Below are positions 1 through 12,100 of a DNA stretch of 64,000 nucleotides, piece by piece (the stretch's first letter is position 1; each line of letters begins with the position of its first letter). The notes under the pieces were generated by a model. That model saw only the letters and a program-made list of their open reading frames with translations, did not search any database and was not told the origin of the DNA. The stretch is from Zootoca vivipara (lineage: Eukaryota): assembly GCF_963506605.1 (NCBI RefSeq), contig NC_083277.1, forward strand, positions 56,792,001 through 56,856,000, in the 5' to 3' direction. The translations under genes were made by a program, and so were the position numbers.

Positions 1-439
1 TGTCATTTGATGGCAATGGACCCGATTGCTCCGGCAGCATTCTGCCTGCCCTCCACCTGGGCAGAATGAGCTATGGGTCTGGATGGAGCTAGATGAGACT
101 GTAGCTATGTCCTTCTTTCATGTTTTGTGACTGCCCAGCCAGGGTTTGGACTGTTCTGCCAGTGCATTATCTTCTTTGTAACCAAATAATTTAGCTTAGG
201 GTAAAGTATGCAAGTTACTATAATTTCTAGGAGCCAGACTTAAAAAGAAAGATGGTCAGAAAGCAGCGTTTCAGGTACTTTTGTATATTGCGTTCAAACT
301 GTCATTCCTCTTCAGTTCTCAAATACGGTAGTCTATAACGCAGTAGTTTAACATTACACAGTATCTTCCTTGCAATGTGAAGTCCTGTCCTCCCCTGTCC
401 CACCCCACTCAAAAGGGATGGTTTGGCCTTCGAACTCAC

Positions 440-3181
440 TTTGGGGTCTCTGTGGTCTCCAGAAGCTCAGAATATTGTGATGCACAATGCTAAAAAAGAT
501 AATAAAAGTGCATACAGATTTCAGAAGATAAATCACAACAGACAAGAATCTGAGTTGAGACAAAAACTTGGGGTAGTTTATATAACACACATTCCACATA
601 TTAAAGCTGTTTCCAGATATGTGGGCAAGGAAGTATACTTTCCTGGCAAACGATTTTAAACATACTTATACACATTCAACATGCAATAGATTCTTACAGG
701 GAGTCCCTTGAACAGGTATTCCTCATAGGTGAAATGAAATTATGATGTGAAATTTAAGCACCCTACCTTTTGGGAAAACCAATCAGGTGGGCGGCCGGGC
801 TCTGCAAAGGGTTTGATGGCTCTGCTGACAGACACCCTAGAGAAGAAGAAGGAAGTTTCAACATCTTCCCTCCTTTGCTAGGCAAAATATAGTGGGGAAG
901 GTTCGGTCACCAGTTGATTGGATTGGGGAAACTTTGACCCACAGACAATACAATACTTTCTGAAAATGACTATGTTGCATTGTGCCCCAAAACTAGAGCT
1001 CATTTTAAGTAACCCTCCTCCTTGTGGTAGTTAGCGTGCCTATGTGAAGGTCCACAAAAATTGGGGAAAACTTTCCATCATTCCCACCTTCTTTTCAGAA
1101 AAAAAACAGGTTGTCTATTCCACCACCACCACCACGCTAAATCTCCTATGCTCTTCTGTGTTAGTGTAACTTAGAAAAATGGGTGAAATTTCACTAAGTG
1201 CTTGGGCCATGTTCTGAGAAACCCATCTCCCACATCTGGATTTTGTTTAAAGAAAAACCCAGCAAGTGGGTGGTAAAAACAGTCAAAGGTCAAAGGCCTA
1301 TAGCACGTCTCATCCCCTCCCCTTTCTCTAGGAATGTGTGTATGTGCAGTGGTAGTTATAAAGCCAAAGCTGGATTCAGCAGCATTTGCATGAATGTGAT
1401 CTTTTATCATCTTGGTGGATGTTACATGCTGTATGGTAAAGTATAGTATGGTGAGATAGCATGGTAAAGTGCTAGTGGATCTCTCTGTAAACTTGGATCA
1501 TTACTAGGTTTATTTCTAAGACCTGTAGCCCATATTTGGATCTAGAAAGGGTGGTTGATTTTGCTGCCGGGCAGCTAAGATACCACCACCACCCTGCCTT
1601 GTAGGTTTCGTACTTACAGTTCCATGACTGGAAGGATGATGCTAAATACACTTGCAAGAGGACAACAGAACACTGGCAAGCAGAAACGCGAAAGCCTCCT
1701 GAACTATGAACAGCTTGCCAGAAAACTACCCCAAGTTCAGCTCTGAGACCCTTAGAGATAGTCACACGGTCCCCAAGAACAGCTTCCCCCATCTTGAACC
1801 TCTATATAAAAGCACACCTTCATCCTTCTAAATCAGTTTTTCATTGGAAGCCCAAATTATCCAGTTGTCAGTATTACTATTTGTTGTTAACAATATTGTA
1901 ATCTGAACTACTACTACATATGAATAATGACACAGTGCAGATGTAGATACCTGCTCAATTTTCTATTAAAGCCCATTTCCTCAACAATTTCTCCCCTTTT
2001 TTCACCAGCGTATATTGTTGATTATATATTTAGAATTATATTTTGAAATTATCTGACACAAGATTATTTTAGCATAGTTTACTATGTCATATGTAGCTGG
2101 GTTATATGTCAAGCTCATTGTCTAGAAAATCCTTTCTCAGTAGGTTTTTGGTATGCTTACTAGTCTTGTGATCCTATCATTCTGTTTTTAACAATTTTTC
2201 CAACACATGCAAAGTTAGGATCACAAAGGGCATTCAATTACTTCTTGAGTTTGGAATAAGAACCACCACAAATCAATTGAGGGTTCTTTATGAAGTATGT
2301 AATACAGTTAAACAATATGCATTCAACTATGTTCCAAGGCATAGCAGGAACTGTATTTAGCAACAGTTTTTATGTAGCCAACAGTTATATCCGTTTCTTA
2401 CCAGTTTTGGTCTCCACTCCGCATGACTGAAGAAGCCAAGCAAAGTTTTTCCCGGATAGACCATGGCTCTGTAGGCCCAGCACTCAGCAACTTGTGCTCT
2501 GATGTGGAAAAAGATAAACAATACGGTGTTGAAACATGCCCACATAGTTAAAAAGAACCCTCAAACTAAATTAAATCTATCTCAATCCACGCTGCTTTTA
2601 AAAGTTTGGTTTTCAAGCCCAGACACCCTCCATGCCCCACCCCAAAACAGCCACACTAAAAGTCAACTCAATGAAAGGTCTACTGGTAACATCTCAGTGG
2701 CAGAGAATATATGTTGCATGCAAAAAGTCACAGAGTCAATTTCCTGTTAACCTCAGGAAACATTCCCATCTGAAACACTGAAGAGGTGCCTTCACTTAGT
2801 GGTAGGGAAGATTCCTGTCTGAAGCCCTGGAAAGTCACTGCCAGTCAGTATGAACAATAAATAAGCCTTTGGCACAAGGCCTTTTACTACCTCCTATACC
2901 GTTATTCCCGGGTACCTCAGCTAAGGAGAAAACTCACCTGTCATCGGAGGCCTTTTAGACAAGCCACCTCCCAACCAACCCTTCTTAAAGGCTCCTGACA
3001 TGTTAAAAGTTGCCTGACACCTGACCCATCAAACGAAGTTTCGCCCAACCAAGAAACAGGTATCCTTCTCTGGTTCTTTTTTTATTATTTTAAGGCGGGG
3101 CCAACCCTAGCTCCCCTCTCCGCGCCACGTCCCTCCTTCCCCAAAGAAAGACCCCCACTCACTACCCGTCCCCGCCGCCAT
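440..3181 (-). CDS. BRD8: Bromodomain-containing protein 8, coding exons 1-4 (partial; gene continues beyond the window start)
   Basis: Minus-strand exons 3181-3163, 2498-2402, 836-767 and 489-440, all with GT/AG boundaries and consistent phase. They translate to MAAGTGKHKLLSAGPTEPWSIREKLCLASSVMRSGDQNWVSVSRAIKPFAEPGRPPDWFSQKHCASQYSELLETTETPK, essentially the vertebrate BRD8 N-terminus as recalled. The ORF track misses it because the exons are short. Confidence 0.95.
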
Positions 3182-3429
3182 CTTCTGAAGACGCGAACAA
3201 GCGCGGTGCTTGCTGGGAAACCTGCTCCGAGGAGGAAGGAGAGGGCGGCACTTATTTTTCAAAGTCGCTTTTCTATTGGATGATGGCAGAGCTGACCGAC
3301 CAATGGGGTGACCGGAAACAAGGTCTTTCCCTCCCCTTGAGCTCTATGGTTGCGTTCCCAGAGTCCCCTGCTCTCGGGGTCAGGAGCGGAAGTGGACGCA
3401 CGTGGGTCTGCGGTCTTTCGGCGGCAAAC
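3182..3429. promoter_or_regulatory. Bidirectional CpG-island promoter shared by BRD8 and NHP2
   Basis: 248 bp between divergent ATGs in CpG-rich sequence (~3100-3800). It contains CCAAT boxes in both orientations (ATTGG ~3275, CCAAT ~3300), ETS/GABP-like CCGGAAA and GCGGAAGTG (~3386), an E-box CACGTG (~3399), and a YY1-like AAGATGGCGGC overlapping the BRD8 ATG. Confidence 0.8.
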
Positions 3430-5432
3430 ATGGGCAAAGCCAAGCACCAGGAGTCGAGGGAAGAGCCGGAGCCCGAGGCGACCCCGGAGAAGTCGTACCA
3501 CGAACTGGTGGAGAACCTGAACGCCATCGCGCGTCCTCTGGCCTCCCGCAAGTTGACGCGCAAGCTGTACAAGTGCATCAAGAAAGGTGCGCGTGGAGGG
3601 GGAGGGGAAGGAGGGCAGTCTGGCTTTCGCGGGCGGTGGGGACTCCGTCCAACAACCCTTGCTGGAAACTCTCCCGTTTGACTTGCAGCATCGAAGCAGA
3701 AACAGATCCGGCGTGGGGTGAAAGAGGTCCAGAAATTCATCAACAAAGGCGAGAAGGGGTAAGAACTCCGTGCCGTTGCGAAGCGATGTGGCTTCTTTCC
3801 CTCTCCATGCCGCTCCCTGACGCTAGCAGTTCAGGTCTTGAATTTGGAGCCACTCTGGTTCGCCAGGTCTGGTCCCCATAGGAGTATGAACTCCCGCCGT
3901 GTTAGGAACTCCTCTTTCTGTCTCTGTATCTAACGGAGAGCTATAGATAGACACACAGGTATGTGTTGTATAGACACACACACACACACAGAGCTTTGGA
4001 ATCAGTAGCTGGCATTTTCTGAGATGTTCCAGGTCGCAAGTTTACAAATAATCCTCAACTACAGTTTATAATCCTGTGATTCTGTTGGTGCAAGAGCCAA
4101 AGGGACTGAAGGGGCCACTCTGGTTCGCCAGGTCTGGTCCCCATAGGAGTATGAACTCATGCTTTTAGTGCAGTTTTTGCCAAACTGGTGCCTTCCAGAT
4201 ATTTTGGCTACAGCTCTGGGCCCCAGCCAGCACAGCTGATGGGAGTTGTAGTCCACAACACCTGAAGGGCACCTGGTTGGCAAAGGCTGTGCTAATACAA
4301 GGGTGGGGAACCTCTGGCCCTCCAGATATCATTAGAGTCCATCTCCCCTTAGTCACAGCTAGCATAGCTAATTGTCAGCGATTATCAGATTTGCAACATT
4401 TGAAGGCCCTCATGCTTGAAGGCATCATCACCAGAGAAACAATCCGGTTGTGTGTGAGAATGAGTTATGGTGTCTTGCATGCAAATGAGTATACTTTGCC
4501 CAGCAAAAACAAATTTTAATCCTTTTCATCAGACCTCGTTTTCATTTGGCTCTGTATAGTAAGTTTTTTGCCTTGCGTGGACCTACTTGCCTCAGTGAGT
4601 TATTTCCCCTGCTCCCTTACCTGTGTACATGCATGCTTGAAATCTCTGTGCAAATGATGACTGCAGAGATGAAGCACAATCACAATTTAATAAGCATACT
4701 CAGGATTATAACTATTACAATATCAAATATTTGGAAATATTCATAATATATGTTTTAATGTGTTTGTTGTCTTCTCTACTTGCATTGCTCTGGTCTTATT
4801 TTTGTTGCTGATGCTGCATTGTCTGTCTCTCCTAGGATCACAGTTCTTGCAGGAGACACACTTCCTATTGATGTCTATTGCCACATCCCCATCATGTGTG
4901 AAGACAGGAGCCTTCCATATGTCTACATCCCTTCCAAAACGGTAATGTAGGGTGGGGTAGTAGAAGAAAGGGATTCTCTTTTTCTTGTGGATCTAGAGTG
5001 GAAACTATATGTAGAGTTGGAAATGACCAGCCTTCTGACATTGTTTTGTTTCCATGCTAGTATTAACGTATGGCTTCAATTTCTTGTAGAATTTTTATTC
5101 TTCGCTGTAGACCTGCATCCTGATAAGGAACAGAAATCTTGGCTATTCTAGAAGAGCAGTTTCATGCAGCTGGCATTTATATAATTTCTCCATGTGAATT
5201 GGCACATGGTCTGTTTGCTGCTTAAAGTAAAAAAGGGAAACTTATACAGTTAAGAATGTATGTGAATTAGGAAACTCAATGCTGCTTTCCTATTTTTTTC
5301 TTTCAGGACTTGGGAGCAGCTGCAGGTTCAAAGCGACCAACGTGTGTTATCATGATCAAGCCCCATGAGGAATATCAGGAAGCCTATGATGAGTGTATGG
5401 AGGATGTGGAGGCTCTTCCCCTCCCTTTGTGA
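3430..5432 (+). CDS. NHP2: H/ACA ribonucleoprotein complex subunit 2 (NHP2), 152 aa
   Basis: Exons 3430-3586, 3689-3758, 4836-4941 and 5307-5432 (459 nt, in frame, GT-AG). Protein MGKAKH...NAIARPLASRKLTRKLYKCIKKASKQKQIRRGVKEVQKFINKGEKGITVLAGDTLPIDVYCHIPIMCEDRSLPYVYIPSKTDLGAAAGSKRPTCVIMIKPHEEYQEAYDECMEDVEALPLPL* is L7Ae-family NHP2. ATTAAA poly(A) signals at 5676 and 5685. Confidence 0.97.
3849..4158 (+). repeat. Exact 45-bp direct repeat in NHP2 intron 2 (3849-3893 and 4114-4158)
   Basis: GCCACTCTGGTTCGCCAGGTCTGGTCCCCATAGGAGTATGAACTC is present twice, 265 bp apart. Confidence 0.9.
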
Positions 5433-5750
5433 AGAACATCAGTAAGAGATGCTACTAAGACTGACAAACAGGCACTTGCCTGGGCAGTAGCCTGACCCTG
5501 ATTTTAAAGGAGCGGGGAAAGGAAGAGAATACTCCAATTGGCACTGTCACCAGCCCTGTGGCTCATACCCGCTTCAAGTGCCAGTTATTAAGCAACTGAT
5601 TCAGAAAGAAGTTATTGACTTGTCTTGCAGCAAGAGAAGTTTGTGAAGCTGGGGTGGGGTGGGGAAAGTGGAGAGATTAAACTAATTAAAACACTTGTAA
5701 TGTTGTGTAGTGTCTATTACAATACACTGTTCACCCCTACATACCGCACA

Positions 5751-6691
5751 GGTATGGCGGGTGGTGCTGTGGTCTAAACCGCAGAGCCTAGGTCTTTCCT
5801 CATTTTTTAAAATAATTTTTATTGGTTTTTTAACATATAACAGCAAAACATCACCAACACACCAACCCCCAGCAATACCTAAAAGATAAAACATTAATTT
5901 AAACATAATAAACAAAAGCATACATATATATCGCCTTCTCCATCACACAGTGGTCAGGGGCTGCCTTCCTCTTTTCCACCCCTTCCCGTGGCCCGATTTT
6001 AATTGATTTAGCTGTTCAGATTTTTTATTTTTGGTACGGTGCAGTCCTTTTTAGTTCCAAATTTAGAAAGAACCAATCGCTGTTGCCTGGCAGGGTCGCA
6101 GCTTCATGCCTCCGAGATAGCTTTGTTCCGATGCGCCGCGTTTTGCTCCTACCCCCTGCTCTCTCAGCGCCCAAAAACTAGGCAATCGATGGAGGGGGGA
6201 GCACACGCCTGGCGTCTGCCAGATCCATGCCCCCTAAACGCTTGATTAGGGGGTTTTTTTCTGGAGGGTCGCTGTGCTGTAGCGGCCTCTCCTTGCCTCA
6301 AAGGCACCACATCCTCCTCAGCTGAGAACAGCGGCTGCCATTGCCTCGCGATCAGCCGGAGGTCCACAGAACCTAGGGCTTTCCGATCAGAAGGTTGGCG
6401 GTTCGAATCCCTGAGATGGGGCAAGCTCCCGTTGCTTGGTCTCTGCTCCTGCCAACCTAGCAGTTCGAAAGCATGTCAAAGTGCAAGTAGATAAAATAGG
6501 TACTGCTCCAGCGGGAAGGTAAATGGTGTTTCCGTGCGCTGCTCTGGTTCGCCAGAAGCGGCTTCGTCATGCTGGCCACATGACCTGGAAGATGTACGCT
6601 GGCTCCCTCGGCCAATAAAGCAAGATGAGCGCCGCAACCCCAGAGTCGTCCGCGACTGGACCTAACGGTCATTGGTCCCTTTACGTTTACC
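5751..6691 (+). mobile_element. Sauria SINE, split by a nested insertion
   Basis: The 5' head GGCGGGTGGTGCTGTGGTCTAAACCGCAGAGCCTAGG (5751-5792) resumes at 6364 (CCACAGAACCTAGGGCTTTCCGATCAGAAGG...GGTTCGAATCCC) and ends in the ACCTTT-like tail. Matches other copies in the window. Confidence 0.88.
5793..6363 (-). mobile_element. Short non-LTR insertion, probably an internally deleted L1-like element (5'UTR-like part joined to 3'UTR)
   Basis: Flanked by a 14-bp duplication CCGCAGAGCCTAGG / CCACAGAACCTAGG. On the minus strand it begins CpG-rich (ACCTCCGGCTGATCGCGAGGCAATGGCAGCCG) and ends in a GT-rich tract, AATAAA and an A-rich tail. Confidence 0.6.
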
Positions 6692-7198
6692 ACAACTTAT
6701 CCTTGCCAAGGTGAAGTTTTCACTAACTTTTACATTCCTCCACTTGAAGTAGGTAAATGATTTTTAAATTTATAGGCTCTTAATATGTAAGCTGATCAAT
6801 CCACACATGGTAGAGAAACTGCAATATCCCTGTCTTGGCAGGGCAGAAGGTGGCAGTGGGTGTTTTCTCCCTTCAGCAGTGTCCATCCCATTTATTTCAG
6901 TGTGAGGGCTGGCATTGTTTGTTCCCCTGGACTGGGGCAACAGGAGGACTTTGGGGCCTGCAGGTCCATGGCTTCTCCCTTGTAAACATCCTTGGACTTT
7001 TAAAAGAAGCAACATCTGTGGAACTTTTCACAGTCTCATGAGAGGAGGATCTCAAGGTCAGCTTCTCCTCTGCCCTCAAGAGATGCCCCTCCCCCAAGAA
7101 ATAGCACCTTTGAGATGCCCTTCCAGGGACCATAGAAGTGAAGCCTTAGTTAGCTTCCAGCCATTTCCCTTCTCCAGTCTTATGTAATCTGGACCACT

Positions 7199-7400
7199 GT
7201 GGTGTAGTGTTGGACTAGGGGCCTGGGAGTTCAGAGTTCAAATCCCCACTTGCCATGAAGTTCACTGAGTGACCTTGGACTAGTAGTCACAGCCATCAGG
7301 CTAATCTACCGCATAGGGTTGTTGTGTTTATGGGGAGGGAAAGCCATGTATGCCACCTTGAGCTCCTTAGCAGAAAGGTGGTATATAAAAGAAAATAAAA
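7199..7400 (+). mobile_element. tRNA-derived MIR/L2-tailed SINE, degenerate
   Basis: A/B-box-like head (GTGGTGTAGTG...GTTCAAATCCCCAC), core GTGACCTTGG, AGGGTTGTTGTG and an A-rich tail. A related copy lies on the minus strand at ~15240-15460. Confidence 0.6.
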
Positions 7401-9114
7401 ATAAACAAGCAAACACAGCATGCATGAAGAGAGATGGATAGTTCAGACAAGTTCAGACTACACTTGTGTAAGAGTTTTGCTCTGTTGAGAGGCTTTAAAA
7501 GCGATATTGTCAGGAACATGTTTGCTTTAAGGAAAACGTTTCTTTTTGGTTCTAAATATATTAACACCAAAAACCATACACCAAGTTTGCTGAAAAGAAA
7601 TTTATTTAGCTGTATTTCCATGCCATCCATCTCCTGGGTTTAACAGTTCCTGGTGCCTCGGAGAAAGAAAAACTAAGAATACATGCAGTGTGGAAAAAAC
7701 CCTTTGATGTCAAAGGGTTTCTGTGGCATCAGAAAAGTATCTTTAAATATCTCTCTCCAGGCTAGTGCAGATCTTCACATCCACTGTTATTCCAGACTGA
7801 TACTCCAAACTACTGCATTTTTAACAACAACAAAAAGCTAATTAAAGTGCAACTTGTAGGCACCAACTCCTGCACCTACAGCTTTAAACTATTTACCCTC
7901 ACCATTCTAATAAAAATAGGCTCAGCTTTGAAAGCTAAGTTCAGACTTCAAGCAACACAGATTTAAACTCTGCCAGTTGTTTTAATACTACTTTCAGGTC
8001 TAGTTTCAAGGGAGTTCAAATCTCTAAATAAGATTCAAGATCCCTGTTAATGAGCCATACCCCCATTGTCCCATATTACAGAGGTTTTTTTAGGACCATT
8101 GCCTAAAATAGTTCACCTAGTCAGGTTCTGATGTGTTTCTGTAACCTTAATGAGTACTTAATGAGCAACAGGATCACTTCAACTTTCTTGAATAAAATAG
8201 ACTGTATACCTACTTTTAAAGATGTCTCAATGATAGTTACTATTCTACCAGCATTCTCAACTTGACCAAAGTCATGGTACTTTCTCCATTTTCTACTCAT
8301 TCACAATGGATAAAGCAGCTTAGCTAGGCTGTCTAACACTCAAGAGCAGCAAGCTGCTATCATGTACCTGTCATAAAGTATGAATTTCTTCAATATAGTG
8401 CTGTCCCAGTTTTTCACTTGTAAGGAGGTGGTGTTATTTTTATTAGGAAACAATACACCTTATTACTCATACCTTGTTTTTTGAAGAGCTACACTGTGTA
8501 TTAGTACACAGAGGGCCCAAATTCCACCTCTGTTGATCCATGTATTTTCACCATTGCATTTCCAACCTATTTTAAACTTTTCTTCAAAATAGCAGTAAGC
8601 CAAGTTTCCAGCATACTTCTCCCAACTTAAATTCCATCCTTCCCATTGTCAAAAGCACATATTGGGCAGTGGGAAGAGAAAGGCAGCTCTAAGACTCCCC
8701 CCCCCCTCAAACCGATGGATTGAAACAAAAAAGACCTAAATTTATTTTGAAGTGTTTTTAAAATAGCAGCAACAGCTCCCTGTGTACTATTTGTGATACA
8801 AGCTCTATCTCAACAAGTAGAGCTATGCATGGGGAGAGTGTAAACCATCTTGCTAGGAAGGGTCACTGCCAGTTAAAGCTCCCAGGAAGAATCCTAGGAA
8901 GTAGTATGTTGTGAGGAGTACAGAATAATGTGGCTTGGCTTACAGTAGACATAAGATTGCTCTCCTCTGGCTCAGTGAGCTACAGTCAGTTCCCAGCCTG
9001 TAGCAGCTAATACTGTTCACAGCAGAAGACCACTCCTGTCAGCATATGCCACCTTCCATCAAGCATTATCCCAATAGCCTATTTTCACCAGAACATCTCC
9101 AAGGCATGCCATTA

Positions 9115-12100
9115 TCAAAAGATTAGGCGTTTTCCATCAGCTGGGCTCTGCTCCATGGGACAATATGGACACTTCAGCCTGCACAAAGAAAGATCAGAAT
9201 CAAAACAAGGCCTTAGAATTCTCATTGGATCTACTAGGAATGCTAGATGAAGGATTAGTAAGCAGGATGAAAAAGTATTCCTATACACAACTGCAGCCGC
9301 AAGAATATTGATTGCTACATATTGGAAAAAACAAAATATACCAAAAATTAGTGAGTGGCAGGGGAAACCATTTAGCTATATGGATTTAATGAAATTAACT
9401 AATTCAATCAGAGGCTGTAGCAAACAGAATTTTGACCAAAGTTGGGAAAAGTTTGGGGATTACATGAAGAAACAATGTCCTACATTAAAATCCTGGATTT
9501 ATTTTTAATGTTCCGTACTGTCTGTAAGGATTATAAATTCAAGAGAACATATCAAGAAAGTTTATTAAGGTAAGGAAAGCAGTAATTGGCAAAAAACTTA
9601 AAGATGACGACAAGTGGAAATCTTATAGGAGAGGAAGATTTTGTTTGCGATGTTTATTTACTGTATTATTAGTTTGTTTTGTTGTGTTTTGTTTGCGATG
9701 TTTATTTAGTGTATGAATTGTTTTGTTTTATTCAATTTAGTTTGAATAAGAGACCATATAGGAAAATTCAGTGGAATTTTATTAGATTTCATTTATTTTT
9801 TATTTGTAAAATGATTTGTAAAATTGGTTATATGTTATTTTTATATGATTTGTAAGTTTTGTTGTTTTGATTTGAGTTGTTTTGATTTGAATCTCAATAA
9901 AGTTTATTTTAAAAATATATAGAATTCTCATTGGTAAGTAGTCCTACCAGACCACTAAAGCAGATAAGCAGGAAGTTGACCCAGACCCATACTTCCAGTA
10001 GACCACTAGCAAGTCCTAGTGTTTGGGTCCACTACCTCACTCTCTTCTCTGCACTGTTAAAAAGTCTGATTTGGCCTTGGGCTTGCCAGGTACTAAGCCC
10101 TACCTTAGAAACTACAAGCAGCAGTGCTATGGTCCCCCTTACTATAGCAACTGCAGTATGACCTAGTTAACCAGCAGATGGCAGCAGACACAGTGAAACT
10201 AACATGTAGTCCCCCCCCCCCAAAAAAAGATGATAGAAACTGCTTCAGGGTGAAAGGGACTTCCTGGACCTACAATGGAAATGAGACGTGTGAGGAATCT
10301 AATCCTGTCGGGGTGACCACAGCATTTCACAGATAGGGGAGCCTGAATACTTCAAGTTTTCAGGCAAGAGTTCATCATCCACAGCCTCCCAGAATTGAGG
10401 AAAGAAACAACAGTTTGTAAAAACCACTCACTTCCCTCCATTGATGAGCTTGTTAAGGGCATCTCGAGAAATAACATGCCCACAGATGAGCTTGATGGGT
10501 GGGTTAGAATCAGTTGTCTGCTGGCGCAAAATGGGACATGCAAAGACCGAGTGGTACCAGCATTTCATCCCAAGCTCAATTTCAATCTGATAAAACAAGC
10601 AGAAAATAATTAGGCTTATCACCTGGTTGTTATAGTTAACTTTCTTCCGCAAAAATATCCCCACCCTGCAGCTCTCTCATAGCACCCTACCCCTGAATGG
10701 GCCAGGCACTCACAGGCAGCTCATCTTTGTGGCTCCAGACACCTGTGCACTGTCTCTGCTCAATCACAGCCTTGATGTTCATCAGCACCGGCAGTGCTAC
10801 ACATCCTGCAGCAAAGCTGCCGAGAGAGAAGGAGGGAGGAGATAGCTCAGTGCTGCTCAATCCACCGCCAGTCCCACCCATATCAAGCTTTACCTGACAC
10901 TCAGCGGTGACTCCACTGAGAGACCTAACAGGGCACAGGCATCACGAGTGAATATCTCACAAATCTCAGTCCACTGACTCTCATCCAGAAGATGCTTATA
11001 TGGAGAATTCTTAAGGCCCAAGCGCAGGTACACCAGGCTGCCCATCATCACCTGGATCTCTGCAGATGACAAATGCAGGAAGCAGCACTCAGGTAAACAT
11101 ACTTTTGCTAACGGGGCTGGCCTGTTATGGAACCAGTTATTGGGAACTGGTGATACCTATGACAACGAGCAGGGTGAGTCAACAACTCCCAAGACTTCCC
11201 TTACTAAAAAGAGAAACTTCAAACACTTTGAAGCAACAAAATAGGAGCCCATTCTATTGGGTGCGGCAAGGCCCAGGGAAACAGCCTAAAGGCAAGAAAG
11301 CTCCTCCCAAGGAACAAGTAGCAGAGTAGGCTTCTGGAAACAGCCTCACCTTGCTGATGCAGGTGAGCAAAGGGCTGGAAATGGCGTGCGTAGCTCAGGG
11401 CCTCTAGCTCCTTGCCTGGACCGCCAGCAAGGAGCCTGATGAAGTGGAGTCGATGCAGCCGGAACTCCAGATTGCTGTTCATTTCTGCCAGCTGCTGTCG
11501 GTGGAAGACTGCCCAACTGAGCAAGAGACAACACTGCTCAATGCCATCATCTACATTAAAAGCTGCCCTTAGAGTGGGTGCTACTCCAATCCAAGCTACA
11601 TATTTGTGGACGGCCTGGTCTGAGGCAGGTTGCAGCCGCATTTTCTCAGCATGCTGTGGGCTCACAAATTCATATATCTTATTACAAGAATACCCTGGCC
11701 TTGTGTAGAAGATAATGAGTGAAAACAAAACAAAGCATAACTTCTCGGTGCTTGTTGGAAGAGAAAAGATGGCAGACCCATAGAGTGGATAGGCTCACTG
11801 ATAATGAGGAGTGTGGTTCCCCCAATGGTCCTTGCCATAGGCCCTACTTCAAAATCATTCTGTTAGGACTCTGTTTCCTCTCCCACTGTACTTCCCAAGG
11901 GGGGAAACAGTATATAGCTCATCATTCTTACCTCAGAGCAGGCTCCAGATCCTGTTTGTGCAGAGCTTCCAATATGCTGTTAAGTTCCAGGAATGGCTTT
12001 TTAAAGTCTACATCTACATTCACAGTGGATTCCTGTGGAAGGGCAATCCAAATTAAGAACAAGGCTCAAGGCAAGGTAAATATTCCCAGAGGGAGGCTGT

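Noticed and set aside
3280-3681. 133-aa ORF as the full NHP2 protein with an N-terminal extension
   Set aside because: Only 3430-3586 matches NHP2. The upstream part lies in the promoter and the downstream part is intron 1 read-through.
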